Source: an uncultured Actinomycetes bacterium
GTDB taxonomy: Bacteria > Actinomycetota > Thermoleophilia > Gaiellales > Gaiellaceae
DNA: 64,000 bases
Assembly: GCA_963734045.1 (NCBI GenBank)
Contig: CAVTFU010000004.1
Coordinates: 2,428-66,427 of the forward strand
Reading direction: 5' to 3'
The notes under the pieces are model-generated. The model worked only from the letters and a program-made list of their open reading frames with translations. It was not told the DNA's origin and made no database searches. Positions 44,309-56,030 of the stretch are shown in pieces (position 1 is the stretch's first letter; every line of letters begins with the position of its first letter). The position numbers and the translations under genes were made by a program.

Positions 44309-45890
44309 CTACTCCTCGGGCGCCGCGCGTCCAGAGGCTCCGTGCTCACCCGCGTGGATGGCGCGCACGGTGTCGATCGTGTCGGCCTCGCTCGGCCCGC
44401 TTGTCCGGGCCGGTAGCGCTTGACGCGCGCGAAGCGCAGCGCCACGCCGCCCGGGATAGTGCGGGCTCGCCTGCACGTCGTCGAACGCGATCTCGACGAC
44501 CAGCTCGGGGCGCACGTGGACGACGTGGCCGTCGCGCCCGATCTCGAGCTCGAGCAGCCGCTCGGTCTGCCACGCGAGCATCTCGTCGGTCATGCCCTTG
44601 AACGTCTTGCCGAGCATCACGAAGCCGCCGCGTCTCGGGGTCGCGCGCGCCGAGGTGCAGGTTGCTGAGCCAGCCCTGGCGCCGCCCGCTGCCCCACTCG
44701 ACCGCGAGCACGACGAGGTCGAGCGTGTGCGCCGGCTTGACCTTGAGCCAGCCCGCGCCGCGGCGGCCCGCCTCGTAGGGCGCGTCGAGCGCCTTCGACC
44801 ATGACGCCCTCGTGGCCGGCGCGCGAGCGCGTCGTCGAGGAAGCGCCTCGCGCCTCGTCGGCGTCGGCCGGTCACGAGCCGCGGCACGCGCAGCGCCGTC
44901 CGGCACGACGCTCGGCGAGCGCGCGCGAGCGCGCTCGGCGCGCGGGCCGGTCGAGGAGGTCGCTCGCCGTCGAGGTGCAGGCAGTCGAAGAAGAACGGCG
45001 TCAGCGGCGACCGCGCGCGGCGGCGCTCGACGTCGAGCGTCGGCCGAAGCGCCGCATCGTCACCTGGAACGGGTGCGGGCGGCCGTCCGGCGCGCAGCGC
45101 GATCGCCTCGCCGTCGAGCACGATCGACCGCGCCGGCAGCGCGCGCACGGCCTCGACGACCTCCGGCACGCGGCGGTGACGTCGTTGAGGCTGCGCGTGA
45201 AGACGCGCACCTCGTCGCCGTCGCGGTGCACCTGGATGCGCGCGCCGTCGAGCTTCCACTCGAGCGCCGGCCGCGCCGAGCCGCGCCGAGCGCCTCGCCG
45301 ACGTCGGCGGCGCGTCTGCGGCGAGCATCGGCTGCACCGGCCGGAAGAGCTCGAGGCCGAACGCGGCGAGCCCGCGCCGCGCCTTCGGCGAGCGCGGCCG
45401 CGCGCCACCGCCGCCGAGATCGCCCGCGCAGCATCACCGCGCGCCGCACGTCCGCCGCCGGCAGGCCGGCCGCCCGCGCGATGGCCTCGAGCCATCACGC
45501 CCTCGAGCGCGCCCTGGCGCAGCTCGCCGCTGCAGCAGCGCGCCGAGGAAGGCGCTGCTCGGCGCCGGTCGCGCGCGCGAACAGCGCCGCGAGGTCGCGC
45601 TTCCGCGCCTGCTGCGACCCCGGCGCCGGCGGCGGCCGCGAGCCGCGTCGAGGGCCTCGGCCACGTCGAGCAGCTCCAGCGTCGCCGTCGCCGCCGGCGG
45701 CGGGAGGTCGCGGAGCGACGGCCCAGCCGACCCCGAGCCGCGGGAGGCTGCCCGTCAGGATCCTCACGGCGAGAGGGATCTCCTCGGGTCTCAGGCGGCC
45801 GAGGCAGTCGGCGAGCTCCGTGATCTTGGCCGAGCGCGCGCTCGTTCCCGCGACCGCGGCCGAGGTGCGCGCGAGCTCCGCGAAGCGCAT
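44309..45890 (-). CDS. ATP-dependent DNA ligase (LigB-like), heavily frameshifted
   Basis: [55 protein letters not shown]. Confidence 0.9.
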
Positions 45891-45924
45891 CGCCCGATTG
45901 TTCCAGCGTCGTTGCCGCCGGCGC

Positions 45925-46820
45925 TCAGGCGGCGTCGGGCGCGTCGGCCGGCGGCGGGACGCAGATCTCGATCGCGCCCGGCTCGACCTCGATCTTCAGC
46001 TGCTCGACCTCTTCGCGGTCGCCGCCGTCGAGCTCGTAGAGCACCTTCTCGCCGAACTTGACCTTGATCTTCTTCGCACGCGTCACCTGGACGAAGGGGA
46101 CTTCTCGCTCCTCCCGAGAGCCGTCCGGGCGAGCGTCCGGGCCCACTCGGCGAAGCCTTCCGCCGTGACGACGCCGATCTCCAGCTGGCCGTCGTCTGTA
46201 CGGGCGTCGTCGAAGACCTCGACGCCTCCGAAGACGCCGCCGACGTTGCCCACGAGGACACAGGACGACACGTCGTCGAACCAGGTCGTGCCGTCGATCG
46301 TGATCTTCGTCGGGACCGGCGTCGCCCGCAGCTGCTTGGCCCCGGTCCAGAGGTATGCGACGCGGCCCACCTTGTCCTTGAGGCCGCCGTCCGCCTCCGC
46401 CAGCATCTCCGCGTCGAAGCCCGCGCCGGCCATCACGGCGAAGTGCTCGCCGTTGAGGACGCCGACATCCAGCGTGCGCCGTGTGTCGCCGAGCGCAATC
46501 TCGACGACCTGCTCGATGTCCTTCGGGATCTCGAGGTGGGTGGCGAGCAGGTTCGCGGTGCCGGCCGGCGCGATCGCGAGCGGGATGCCGCTGCCCGCGA
46601 GCACGTCGATGCACCGCTGCACGGTCCCGTCGCCGCCCCACGCGATCACGAGCTCGGCGCCCTCGTCGAGCGCGCGCTTCACCTGCTTGGGCGCCTTGCG
46701 GCTCTTCGGCACCTCGTACCAGAGCGGGTCCGAGACGCCTGCCTCCTCGAGCGCGCGCCGGAAGGCGAGGAGCCCGTCGCCGAGCGTCTTGCCCGCGTGG
46801 GCGACGACCGCGACCTTCAC
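45925..46820 (-). CDS. Diacylglycerol/lipid kinase family protein
   Basis: AWGGDGTV, PAGTANLLA, GAGFDA, DDGQLE, YELDGG. Confidence 0.9.
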
Positions 46821-47635
46821 GCGCGTGCCTCACGAGCGGCCTTCGCCGCCCGGGTGATGCGCGCCGCGCCGAGCGCGACGACGAAGAGCGCCATGATCCC
46901 GATCACCACGCCGCCGAGCGTGTCGATGGGGTGATGCATCCCGCGGTAGATCCGCGCCAGCGCGACGCCGGGGGGATGAGGATGGCGACGGTCCAGATCG
47001 CGATCCGCGCCCCGCGGGACTTGACGAGGTACGTCGCGAGCAGGGCCAGGCCGACGTAGACGGCGATCGACGCCGCCGTGTGGCCGGACGGATAGCTCGC
47101 GTCCGGCTCGAGGCCCTCGAGCCGCGGGACGTCGGGCCGGTCCCGGGGCGTGACCCACGACGTCACGCGGTAGGTCGCCGATCGAGCGCGAGCGCGAAGA
47201 CCATGAACGCGGCCACGATGAAGCGCGGAGCACCAGGCAGACGGCGGTCAGCACGACGAGGATCGCGGGCAGCACGATCCCGCCCGCCGCCTCCGAGACG
47301 ACGTACGAGACGTCGTTCAGGAACGGCGTCCGCTCCGCGCCAGCTCCGTGGGCAGCCATTCGTCGGCGTCCTCCACGGAGTCGATCGGCAGGAGCACATC
47401 GGTGACGAGATGTCCGAGGGCGATCGAGATGCCCGCGAGGACGCCCAGAGGGCGACGCGCTGAGGAGGAAGACGGCGACGGGATGCAGACCTGAGAGCGA
47501 CCGTCCGATCCGCTCGGCGAGCCCACCCGGCCGCGGGATCGAGGAACGGGAACGCGTTGCGATCCTCCGCCTCGCGCGACGGCGGATTACCCGTCCGGGT
47601 GCCTGGGACTGCTCCGATAGTGGGTACACGCTCAA
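46817..47635 (-). CDS. PAP2-family phosphatase, frameshifted
   Basis: RDRP, SYPSGHTA, ARIYRGMHHPID. Confidence 0.82.
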   Translation of the reverse strand: MSVYPLSEQSQAPGRVIRRRARRRIATRSRSSIPRPGGLAERIGRSLSGLHPVAVFLLSASPSGRPRGHLDRPRTSRHRCAPADRLRGGRRRMAAHGAGAERTPFLNDVSYVVSEAAGGIVLPAILVVLTAVCLVLRASSWPRSWSSRSRSIGDLPRDVVGHAPGPARRPAARGPRAGRELSVRPHGGVDRRLRRPGPARDVPRQVPRGADRDLDRRHPHPPGVALARIYRGMHHPIDTLGGVVIGIMALFVVALGAARITRAAKAAREARA

Positions 47636-47638
47636 ACG

Positions 47639-48567
47639 ATGCCGTTGCTCCTGTCTGCTGTCGCTTCCGCCGCCGGTGCGGTCGTGTCATACCTCGCATA
47701 CCGCTACCCACACATGCCCGACCGGCGGGCACTCCGACCCTCGAGGCTGCCGAGCGGATGGGGCGGGAGATGCGACGGCACGAGCATCTCGGCGCGCTGT
47801 GGCGCGGAGGAGCGATCCGAGGATCGCCACGGGCCTCGCGCTGACGCTCGCCCTCGGGTCGTCTTCGTCGGCGGGATCGGGCTCGGGCTGCTCGCGTACC
47901 TCGTGCGGACGAACTCGGGCCTGCTCGGCATCGACTCGAGCGTCGCCGAGTGGGGCGCGGATCACGCGACCGCGTGGTCGACGGACGCCCTCGAGACGCT
48001 CACTCACCTGGGCGACACGCTCACCGTCATCGTCCTCGCCCTCGTGCTCGTGATCGCGTGAGACCATCTTCGAGTGCCGAGCCGCTGGATCGCCCCCTTC
48101 GTCCTCCGTGGTGATCCTCGGCCAGAACCTGATCACGAACGGCCTCAAGGACGTGTTCGACCGCCTTCGACCGACGATCAACCCGATCGCGGAGACGCTC
48201 GGCCCGTCCTTCCCCTCGGGCCACTCGGCGACGGCTGCGGCGTTCTACGCAGCGGCCGCGCTCGTGCTCGGTCGCAAGCGGCCGGCGCTCGTCCAAGGCG
48301 CTCCTCGCGGGCGGCGCGGTGTTCATCGCGGTGTCGTCGCCGGCACGCGGGTGATGCTCGACTTGCACTGGCTGACTCGATGTGATCGGCGGCCTCCTGC
48401 TGGGCTGGGCGTGGTTCGCGGTCGCCGCGATCGCCTTCGGCGGCCGGCTGCTCCAGTTCGGCGCGACCGCCGAGCACGTGACCGACGCGGCGAAGGGATC
48501 CCGCACGAGATCCCCCCGGAGGTCGACCGCCGAGGTCGAGCCCCAGCCCGACCGCGCGTCGGCCTAG
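47639..48567 (+). CDS. PAP2-family phosphatase, frameshifted
   Basis: LKDVFDRLRP, SFPSGHSA, TRVMLDLHWLT. Confidence 0.82.
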
Positions 48568-48596
48568 GGAACCGCCCGCCGACGTAGCAAAGAGGT

Positions 48597-48693
48597 ATTG
48601 CGACCGCGAAGCGGGCGCCTTCAGGGGTGTGCCCCGCCGAAGGCGGGGATCGAGCCGCAGGATCCGCTGCTGCGGATCCTGCCTGGCGAACAA
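48597..48693 (-). repeat. Double-hairpin intergenic repeat, copy B
   Basis: Immediately after the ybaB stop; shares an identical 30-mer (attgcgaccgcgaagcgggcgccttcaggg on +) with copy C. Confidence 0.85.
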
Positions 48694-49006
48694 CTACAGC
48701 CCGAGCCCGCCGAGGTCGGGCAGCTGCCCGCGGAGCTTCGTCTCGACCTTCTGCGCCGCCGCGCGTAGCGCCTCGTTGGCGGCCGCGAGCACCATGTCGG
48801 CGAGGATCTCCGGATCGTCGGGATCGACGGCGCGCGGGTCGATCGAGATCTCGATGAGCTCGCCCGCGCCGTTCGCCTTGACGGTGACCATGCCGCCGCC
48901 GGCGGAGGACTCGGCGACCTCGTGTCTTCGCCTCCTCCTGCGCGCGCTCCATCTGCTCCTGCATCTCGCGCGCCTGCTTCATCAGTGCGTTCATGTCGAG
49001 CTTCAC
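48694..49006 (-). CDS. ybaB: YbaB/EbfC nucleoid-associated protein
   Basis: [12 protein letters not shown]...[11 protein letters not shown]...ISIDP...[10 protein letters not shown]; overlaps the dnaX stop. Confidence 0.93.
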
Positions 49007-50623
49007 GGGATCTCCTCGATTTCGGTTGCATTGAGGTCGCTCTTCAGGAGCGAGATCAGGTCGTGCTCGCCGAGCGGCTGCTCGTCCGGCCCGTCGTCGT
49101 CGGTCCGGCTCGCCGACCTCGGTCACGACGGCGAGCCGGCGGCCGGTCACCTCGTAGAGGGCGTCGCGGACGAGCGTCAGGTTCTTCGGCTCGTCGACCT
49201 GCTTGCGGTGGAAGTCGGCGCCGGGCTGGAACGACAGAGTCACGTGTCGTGCGTCGAGGCTCGTCGGGCTCGCCTCGGCGAGGAGCGTCGCGATCGGGAT
49301 CGAGCGCTCCTGGACGGCCGGGAGGACGCTCCGCGGCCACGCCTCCTGGAGCTGCTCGAGCGAGAGCTCGGGCCCCGTGCGGTCGGCGGGCTCGGCGGCG
49401 TTGGCTCGACCGCGGGTGCCGGGCCCGCCGCGGGCGCGGGAACGGGGGAGGGGCCCCACGTCTCCGCGGCGGGAGCACCGGCATGCAGGCGGGATTCCAA
49501 CACTTCGACCCGATGGACGAGCGACTCGCGCGCGAGGTCTGCCTGCGGACGCGTCACCTTGACGAGCGCGAGCTCCAACGGCAGCCGCGGATCGCCGCCC
49601 TGGCGCTCGTCCTCGAGCACGACGGCGAGGAGGTCGATCAGGCGCAGCACCGTCGGCTCGGGCAGCTGGTTCGCCTGCTCCCGCAGCCGGTCGCGCGACT
49701 CCTCGGTGAGCGGCAGCGAGTCCGGCACGTGGCCGAGGTGCTGGACGAGCAGGAGCTGGCGCAGGTGCTCGAGCAGCTCCTTCGTCAGCTGCCCGAGATC
49801 CTGGCCGCGCTCCGACAGCTCCTCGACGAGCACGAGCGCGCCGGCGACGTCGCGGTCGACGATCGTGTCGCAGAGGCGGAAGAGCGCGTCCTCCTCGACG
49901 GCTGCCCCGAGCTGGAGCACGTCCTGGACGGAGATCTGCTTGCCGGTCGCGGCGGAGAGCTGGTCGAGCGTCGAGATCGCGTCGCGGAACGACCCGCCGG
50001 CGCCGCGCGCGATCAGCGAGAGCGCGGAGTCGGGAGCGTCGATCTCCTCGCCCTCGCAGACGCGGCGGAGCACGGCGACGATCTCCTGCAGCCGCGGTCG
50101 CTGGAAGGCGAACACCTGGCAGCGGGAGCGGACGGTCGGGATCACCTTCGACTGCTCCGTCGTGCAGAAGACGAAGACGAGGTGCGGCGGCGGCTCCTCG
50201 ATCAGCTTCAGCAGCGCGTTCCACGCCGCGGGCGTCAGCTGGTGCGCCTCGTCGACGATGTAGACCTTGTAGCCGCCCTTCCGCGGGCTGGAGCATCGCG
50301 CGCTCGCGGATCTCGCGGACCTCGTCGATCCCGCGCTGCGAGGCGGCGTCCATCTCGACCACGTCGAGCGCGGTACCGTCGGCGATCGAGCGTGCGATGC
50401 GCGCCGTCGGGTCGAAGTCGGCGCTGGGGCCGCCCTCGGCGTTCAGCGCCTTCGCGAGGATGCGCGCCATCGAGGTCTTCCCGGTCCCGCGCGGCCCGGC
50501 GAAGAGGTACGCCTGCCGCACCTGGTCCGACTCGATCGCGTTCCGGAGCGTCCGGACGACCGCCTCCTGGCCGACCACCTGCGTGAAGTCGAGCGGCCGG
50601 TAGGTGCGGTAGAGCGCGGTCAC
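49003..50623 (-). CDS. dnaX: DNA polymerase III subunit gamma/tau
   Basis: ALYRTYRP, AYLFAGPRGTGKTS, EMDAAS, VDEAHQL, IEEPP, TVRSRCQ. Confidence 0.96.
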
Positions 50624-50688
50624 GGCTCCATCGTAGAGGGCGGATGCTGGATCGGAGTAGCAGCGCTGCCGACGCTTCCTCAAGGGTC

Positions 50689-50790
50689 ATTGCGACCGCG
50701 AAGCGGGCGCCTTCAGGGTCTGCCCTCGCCGGAGGCGAGGGATCGAGCGGCGGGATTCCGCTCCTGCGGAATCCCGCTTCGCGAAACAGG
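50689..50790 (-). repeat. Double-hairpin intergenic repeat, copy C
   Basis: Between the SRP RNA 3' end and dnaX; gcgggattccgc-agga-gcggaatcccgc stem. Confidence 0.85.
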
Positions 50791-50796
50791 AGCTAC

Positions 50797-51074
50797 GCCC
50801 GGTCGCGCGCTCCGCCGTCGAACGGGCGATCCCGGGTGGTATCTCCGCCGCCTGCTCGGGTCGGGCGGTGCCGCGGCACCTGAGAGGGAGTCCTTAGCGC
50901 TGCTTCCTTCCGGACCTGACGCGGTTCGAACGCTCCCAGTGCGCGGGACCCGACCTTCAACGCCACGTGTCGGTGACCCATGCCCGTGACCTCCGCCCTC
51001 GGGCGGCGTTCGGTCCCGCTGGAGCGGATTTCGGGTTCAGGGAACCGCTGACTCCCCACCTAGCGCGACCGGGC
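50797..51074 (-). ncRNA. ffs: Signal recognition particle RNA, large (Alu-containing) type
   Basis: Helix-8 motif gtcaggtccggaaggaagcagc; 5' Alu-like gctaggtggggagtcagcggttccctg; terminal helix gcccggtcgcgc/gcgcgaccgggc; upstream of dnaX. Confidence 0.95.
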
Positions 51075-51177
51075 TCCGCGACGGTAGCAGGCGGCCGGGC
51101 CCCCGACCCCGTCACGGGGCCGCCGGACCGGGGTGATACCCTGGCCGATCGGGTCAAGCGGCCCCGGATACGAACCG

Positions 51178-52323
51178 ATGAACCAGTCGATGACGTCGAT
51201 CACCGACCACAGCCTCGACCCGGACGACGATCTCTCGCGCATCAGCCCGGAGCTCGCACTTGTCGATCCGGAGCTGGCGCGGCGACTTCGCGAGCGCGAG
51301 TCGGTGTCGGCGTCACGGCCTTCCGCTCGTGCGCTGCGGCTGTTGCAGCCGGCGGAGTCGACCGCGCCGCCTGCAGTCGAGTGGGAAGGGTTCGTCGGCA
51401 AGATCCCGGCGATCGAACTCGTGCGGGTCGAGGACGCCGACCAGGCCCCGGCCCGGCGACCCGACGACACCGCTGCGTCACGCGCCGGTCGTCCGCTCGG
51501 TCCGCCCGATCGCTCCGACTCGCCGTCCTCGCCCGCTGCTCCGCGCACGATCGCACCGCCGAGGGCGCAGCCGCCCTGGCCAGGACGACCCGCGCCGGCC
51601 CGAGAGGCGTCGCCGGTCGTGCCGGCGCGCGCGGTCGAAATGACAGAGCCTGCAGCCCAGCCCACCGCACTGGCGGAGGTGTCGTCCTCGGCGCCCGCCG
51701 GGGCGATCCCGGCGGCGGTCGCTCGCCGCTCGCAGTGGTGGCGGCGCCCGGGCGTGCAGGGATTCCTGGCGGGCGGCCTCCTGGCCCTGCTCGGCGTGGT
51801 TGCCCTCATGATGGCGATCGACGACGGCTCGCCCGAGCAGGCGGTGACTCCCGTGAAGCCTGTCGTCGGAAAGCCGCCCGGCACGGTGCCGGCGCCAAGC
51901 GAGTCGAAGGCTCCCGGCGCCACCACGCGGCCCGGCACGCCCACGGCGAAGAAGGCCGCGCCGCCCGCGAAGGCGACGACGCCGGCCGGGAACCGCCCGA
52001 GGACGGCCGCAAAGAAGGCCGCGACCGGTGCGCGGTCGAAGAGCGGCGCCGCGACGCCGCCGCGCGCAGCCGCCGAGCCCCGGCGGTTCGCCTGGGCGCC
52101 CGTCGAGGGCGCCGCCCGGTATCACGTCGAGCTCTTCCGCGGCTCCGAGCGCGTCCTCGCACGAGAGACCGTGCGCCCGACGTTCGAGCTCGGATCGAGC
52201 TGGCGCTACGAGGGGCGGGTCGTGCGGCTGACGCCCGGGCAGTATCGATGGTACGTCTGGCCCGTCACGAGCGGCCGGCGCGCGGCGCAGGCCGTGGTGC
52301 AGGCCCAGCTCGCGATTCCGTAG
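51178..52323 (+). CDS. Pro/Ala-rich single-TM hypothetical protein with C-terminal beta domain
   Basis: ISPELALVDPELARRLR N-terminus, TM helix FLAGGLLALLGVVALMM, FAWAPVEGAARYHVELF...LTPGQYRWYVWP. Confidence 0.65.
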   Translation: MNQSMTSITDHSLDPDDDLSRISPELALVDPELARRLRERESVSASRPSARALRLLQPAESTAPPAVEWEGFVGKIPAIELVRVEDADQAPARRPDDTAASRAGRPLGPPDRSDSPSSPAAPRTIAPPRAQPPWPGRPAPAREASPVVPARAVEMTEPAAQPTALAEVSSSAPAGAIPAAVARRSQWWRRPGVQGFLAGGLLALLGVVALMMAIDDGSPEQAVTPVKPVVGKPPGTVPAPSESKAPGATTRPGTPTAKKAAPPAKATTPAGNRPRTAAKKAATGARSKSGAATPPRAAAEPRRFAWAPVEGAARYHVELFRGSERVLARETVRPTFELGSSWRYEGRVVRLTPGQYRWYVWPVTSGRRAAQAVVQAQLAIP

Positions 52324-52530
52324 TCAGGTACGACGGCGCCCATCCAGGAGTCGGCCGCCCGCGTCCGGCGTGCACGGCGTCCGTCTGCAACGATGAAGCG
52401 ACACGGCGGCAACTCGCGGCTGCTGGTCTAACCGGTTGTCCTGACCGCGGCGACCGATGTCGAGAACGGCGAGACGGCTCCGTCCAGTGGGTGACAGGTC
52501 GATCGCGACCCCGAGACGAGGAGTGAGCAC

Positions 52531-52973
52531 ATGGCCCTGTATCTGCTGGCGGTGAACTTCGACGGCGGTGCCGCCGACACGCCGATGGAGGACTGGAAGC
52601 CCGAGGAGGTCGAGGCGCATCTCGACTACTACCGCGCGCTGCACCGCGAACTCGTCGAGAGCGGCGAGCTGGTCGCGTCCGAGGTGCTCGCCGGGCCCGA
52701 CCTCGCGAAGATCGTGCGGGCGGACGGCGTGGCCGCGCCGGTCGTCACCGACGGTCCGTTCCAGGAGTTCAAGGAGTGGCTCGCCGGCTACCAGATCGTG
52801 GACGTCGAGTCGGAGGAGCGGGCGCTCGAGATCGCGGCGCGGCTCTCGGCGGTGCCCGGCCCGGGTGGCGTCGGGACGCAGCAGCCCATCCAGGTGCGGC
52901 AGGTGATGCAGGAGGCTCCGCCGACGCCGCCCAGATGGAGGAGTACCTGCACACCGCAGGCGGCGAGCGCTGA
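52531..52973 (+). CDS. YciI/DGPF family protein
   Basis: VTDGPFQEFKEWLAGYQIVDVES. Confidence 0.88.
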
Positions 52974-52985
52974 CGCAGACCGCCG

Positions 52986-54199
52986 GTGTCGAGGATCTGC
53001 TGCGCGAGCTCGCGCCGCAGGTCCTCGGCACGCTCGTCCGGCGCTACGGCGACTTCGACGACGCCGAGGACGCCGTGCAGGAGGCGCTGCTCGCGGCCGC
53101 ACAGACCTGGCCGCGCGAGGGCGTGCCGGCGAGCCCGCGCGCGTGGCTGCTGCAGACGGCCGAGCGTCGCCTCATCGACCACTGGCGGAGCGAGGGGTCG
53201 CGTCGGCGGCGGGAGGCGCTCGCGGCGCAGGAGCCTCCGTCCGCCGGAGTTCCCGACCGCGACGACACGCTGAGCCTCGTCTTCATGTGCTGTCACCCCG
53301 CGCTGACCCCGGCCTCGGCGATCGCGCTGACGCTCCGCGCGGTCGGCGGGCTGACGACCGCGGAGATCGCGCGGGCGTTCCTCGTCGGCGAGGCGACCAT
53401 GGCGCAGCGCATCGCGCGCGCGAAGCAGCGCATCGAAGAATCCGGCGTGCCGTTCGCCCTTCCGGCCGGCGACGAGCGGGCGGCCCGGCTCCCGGCCGTG
53501 CTCCATGTCCTCTACCTGATCTTCAACGAGGGGTATGCGGCGAGCGGCGGTACGGAGGTGCACCGTGCGGAGCTGGCCACCGAGGCGATCAGGCTCGCAC
53601 GTCTCGTGCACGGGCTGCTGCCCGCCGACCCCGAGGTCACCGGGCTCCTGGCGCTCATGCTGCTGATCGACGCGAGACGGCCTGCGCGGGCTGATGCGGC
53701 GGGCGACCTCGTCCCGCTCTCCGAGCAGGATCGGTCGCTCTGGGACGCCGCGCTCGTGGCCGAGGGCACCGCGCTCGTCGAGCGCGCGGTCGCCGAGGGC
53801 GCCGTCGGCGAGTACCAGCTGCAGGCGGCGATCGCCGCCGTCCACGACAGCGCTCCGACGGCCGGGCAGACCGACTGGCCACGGATCCTCACGCTGTACG
53901 GGCTCCTCGAGCAGATGACCGCGAGCCCGGTCGTGACGCTCAATCGCGCCGTCGCCGCGGCGATGGCCGAGGGGCCGGCCGCGGGGCTCGCGTTGCTCGA
54001 CACGCTCGCAGGGCGGCTCGACGGAACCCATCGGGTCGACGCGGTCCGGGCGCACCTGCTCGAGCTGGCCGGTGACGCGGACGCCGCCCTGGCGCTCTAC
54101 CGCGCGGCCGCACGCGGCACCACGAGCCTTCCCGAGCGGCGCTACCTCGCGCGCCGTGCCGCGCGGCTCGCAGGCGAGGGGGCCGCCGGGACGTCCTGA
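52986..54199 (+). CDS. ECF sigma factor with C-terminal TPR-like extension (ECF42-like); start approximate
   Basis: AEDAVQEAL, CCHPAL, GGLTTAEIARAFL, YLIFNEGY, YQLQAAIAAVH, LNRAVA; paired with a DGPF gene. Confidence 0.9.
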
Positions 54200-54259
54200 G
54201 CGGCCGATCCGGGCGATCGGCCGCAGGACACTCCCGCCGACGGGCGAGGACCTCTTTCC

Positions 54260-55221
54260 ATGGCGTGGCGACGTGGCGAGGTGTGGTTCGACCTCGACGT
54301 GCTCTGGTTCCGCGAGCCGTCGCAGGGGCAGCTCGGCGGCCTCGCGCCGGCCGCAGCGGACACCGTCGCACTGCCGGAGCTTCCGAGATTCGGCCCGGCC
54401 GAGACGGGGCTCGACGCGTCCCGTCGCCGCCGGCTCGCGGCACAGGCCGAGCGCCGGCGCCGGCGCGCGACGCGCACCGTCCCCGCGGTCGCGCTCGTCC
54501 TCGGCTCGGCGACGATGCTCCCGATCGCCGTGCTCCGCGGGAGAGACGGGAGCACAGGCCCGCTCGACGAGGATCCGCCGAGCCTGACGTTCCGCGTCGA
54601 CGATTTCCGGTTCAAGCTGCCGGAGGCTCCGGTCGCGCCCGCGAAGGCCGGCGCCGCGGCGAGTGGCGCGCGGTCGCTCGAGGCGCAGGCGGCGAAGATC
54701 GAGTGGCGCCGCGCGACGTCGGTCGGCCTGCCGTACTCCGGCCGGCTCGTCGACGGCACGCAGCTTCCCGTCGAGGGGCCGAACTGGATCACCTGGAACC
54801 CGGCGACGGACAGCAGCCCCAACCTGCTCGAGCCGGCTCTACGGCAACGAGCGGACGATTCGCGCGATCGTCTCCGTCGTCGCGGGCTACCGCGCCGACC
54901 ACCCGGACGCGCCGCGCGTCGTCGATCGGCGACATCAGCCGGCGGCACGGCGGCTGGATGGACGAGCATGTCTCGCACCAGAACGGCCTCGACGTCGACG
55001 TCTACTACCCGCGGCTCGACCGCCGCCCGAGCGCCCCGATCGGGCCGAGCCAGGTCGACCACCATCTGTCGCAGGCGCTCCTCGACCGGTTCCTCGCCGC
55101 GGGCGCCCACGTCGTCTTCGTCGGCTACTCGTCCGGCCTTCGAGGCCCCGGCGGTGTGGTCGTCCCGTACGCGAACCACGAGAACCACATGCACGTCCGC
55201 TTCTCCGACCCGGACGGCTGA
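54260..55221 (+). CDS. Penicillin-insensitive murein endopeptidase (MepA/M74-like) with N-terminal anchor; frameshifted
   Basis: SVGLPYSGRLVDG, IGDIS, HVSHQNGLDVD, HENHMHVRF. Confidence 0.8.
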
Positions 55222-55295
55222 GCCGCGGTCTGGTTCGATCCGGTCTACTGGGGATACACGGCCCGAGGACGGAGACGGACGAGCGAAAGGCGGTC

Positions 55296-55934
55296 ATGCC
55301 GGAGTACGCGTTTGCGCAACTGGAGGAGATCGACGAGCTGAGCGACGGGCGGGAGCCGTGGCGCCCGGTGCGGCACCACCTCGGGATCACGGCGTTCGGC
55401 GCTACGGCCTGGACGGGCCGCGAGGCCGGCGACCGGATCATCAACGAGCACGACGAGGCGGACGAGGACGAGGAGCTGTACGTCGTCCTGAGCGGCCGCG
55501 CCAGGTTCGAGCTCGACGGTGACGACGTGGACGCGCCCGCCGGCACGTTCGTGTTCGCGCGCCCCGGCGTCAAGCGGACGGCGTTCGCCGAGGAGCCGGG
55601 TACGACGATCGTCGCGATCGGCGCGCCCCCGGGGCAGGCGTACCAGGCGAGCGGCTGGGAGCTCTGGGCGCCGCTCAACCGCCTCTACGAGGCCGGCGAG
55701 TACGCGGAGGCGGCCGACCGCGGACGGGCGCTCGTCGAGGCGCAGCCGACGTACCCGACCGTCCTCTACAACGTCGCCTGCTGTGAGAGCCTCGCCGGCA
55801 GGAGCGCCGACGCGATCGCGCACCTCGAACAGGCGATCGCCTTGAGCGACCGGTCCCGCGAGTACGCGCGGGAGGACTCCGACTTCGATCGGATCCGCCA
55901 GGAGCCTGCGTTCAAGGAGCTGGTCGGCGGGTAG
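55296..55934 (+). CDS. Cupin domain + TPR protein
   Basis: HDE...EELYVVLSGRARFELDG; C-terminal YNVACCESL...AREDSDF. Confidence 0.8.
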   Translation: MPEYAFAQLEEIDELSDGREPWRPVRHHLGITAFGATAWTGREAGDRIINEHDEADEDEELYVVLSGRARFELDGDDVDAPAGTFVFARPGVKRTAFAEEPGTTIVAIGAPPGQAYQASGWELWAPLNRLYEAGEYAEAADRGRALVEAQPTYPTVLYNVACCESLAGRSADAIAHLEQAIALSDRSREYAREDSDFDRIRQEPAFKELVGG

Positions 55935-56030
55935 GCGCCCCGGCGAGAAGTTCGAGGAACACCATGTTCCAGGCCGCGACGCCCGCCAGGCAGGAGGGCG
56001 TGCGCGGTCGCCACCGAACAACGAGCGACC

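Noticed and set aside
49003-50623. Frameshifts in dnaX as a programmed gamma/tau shift
   Set aside because: They include one inside the AAA+ domain, lack an A-rich slippery site and match the indel noise seen across the window
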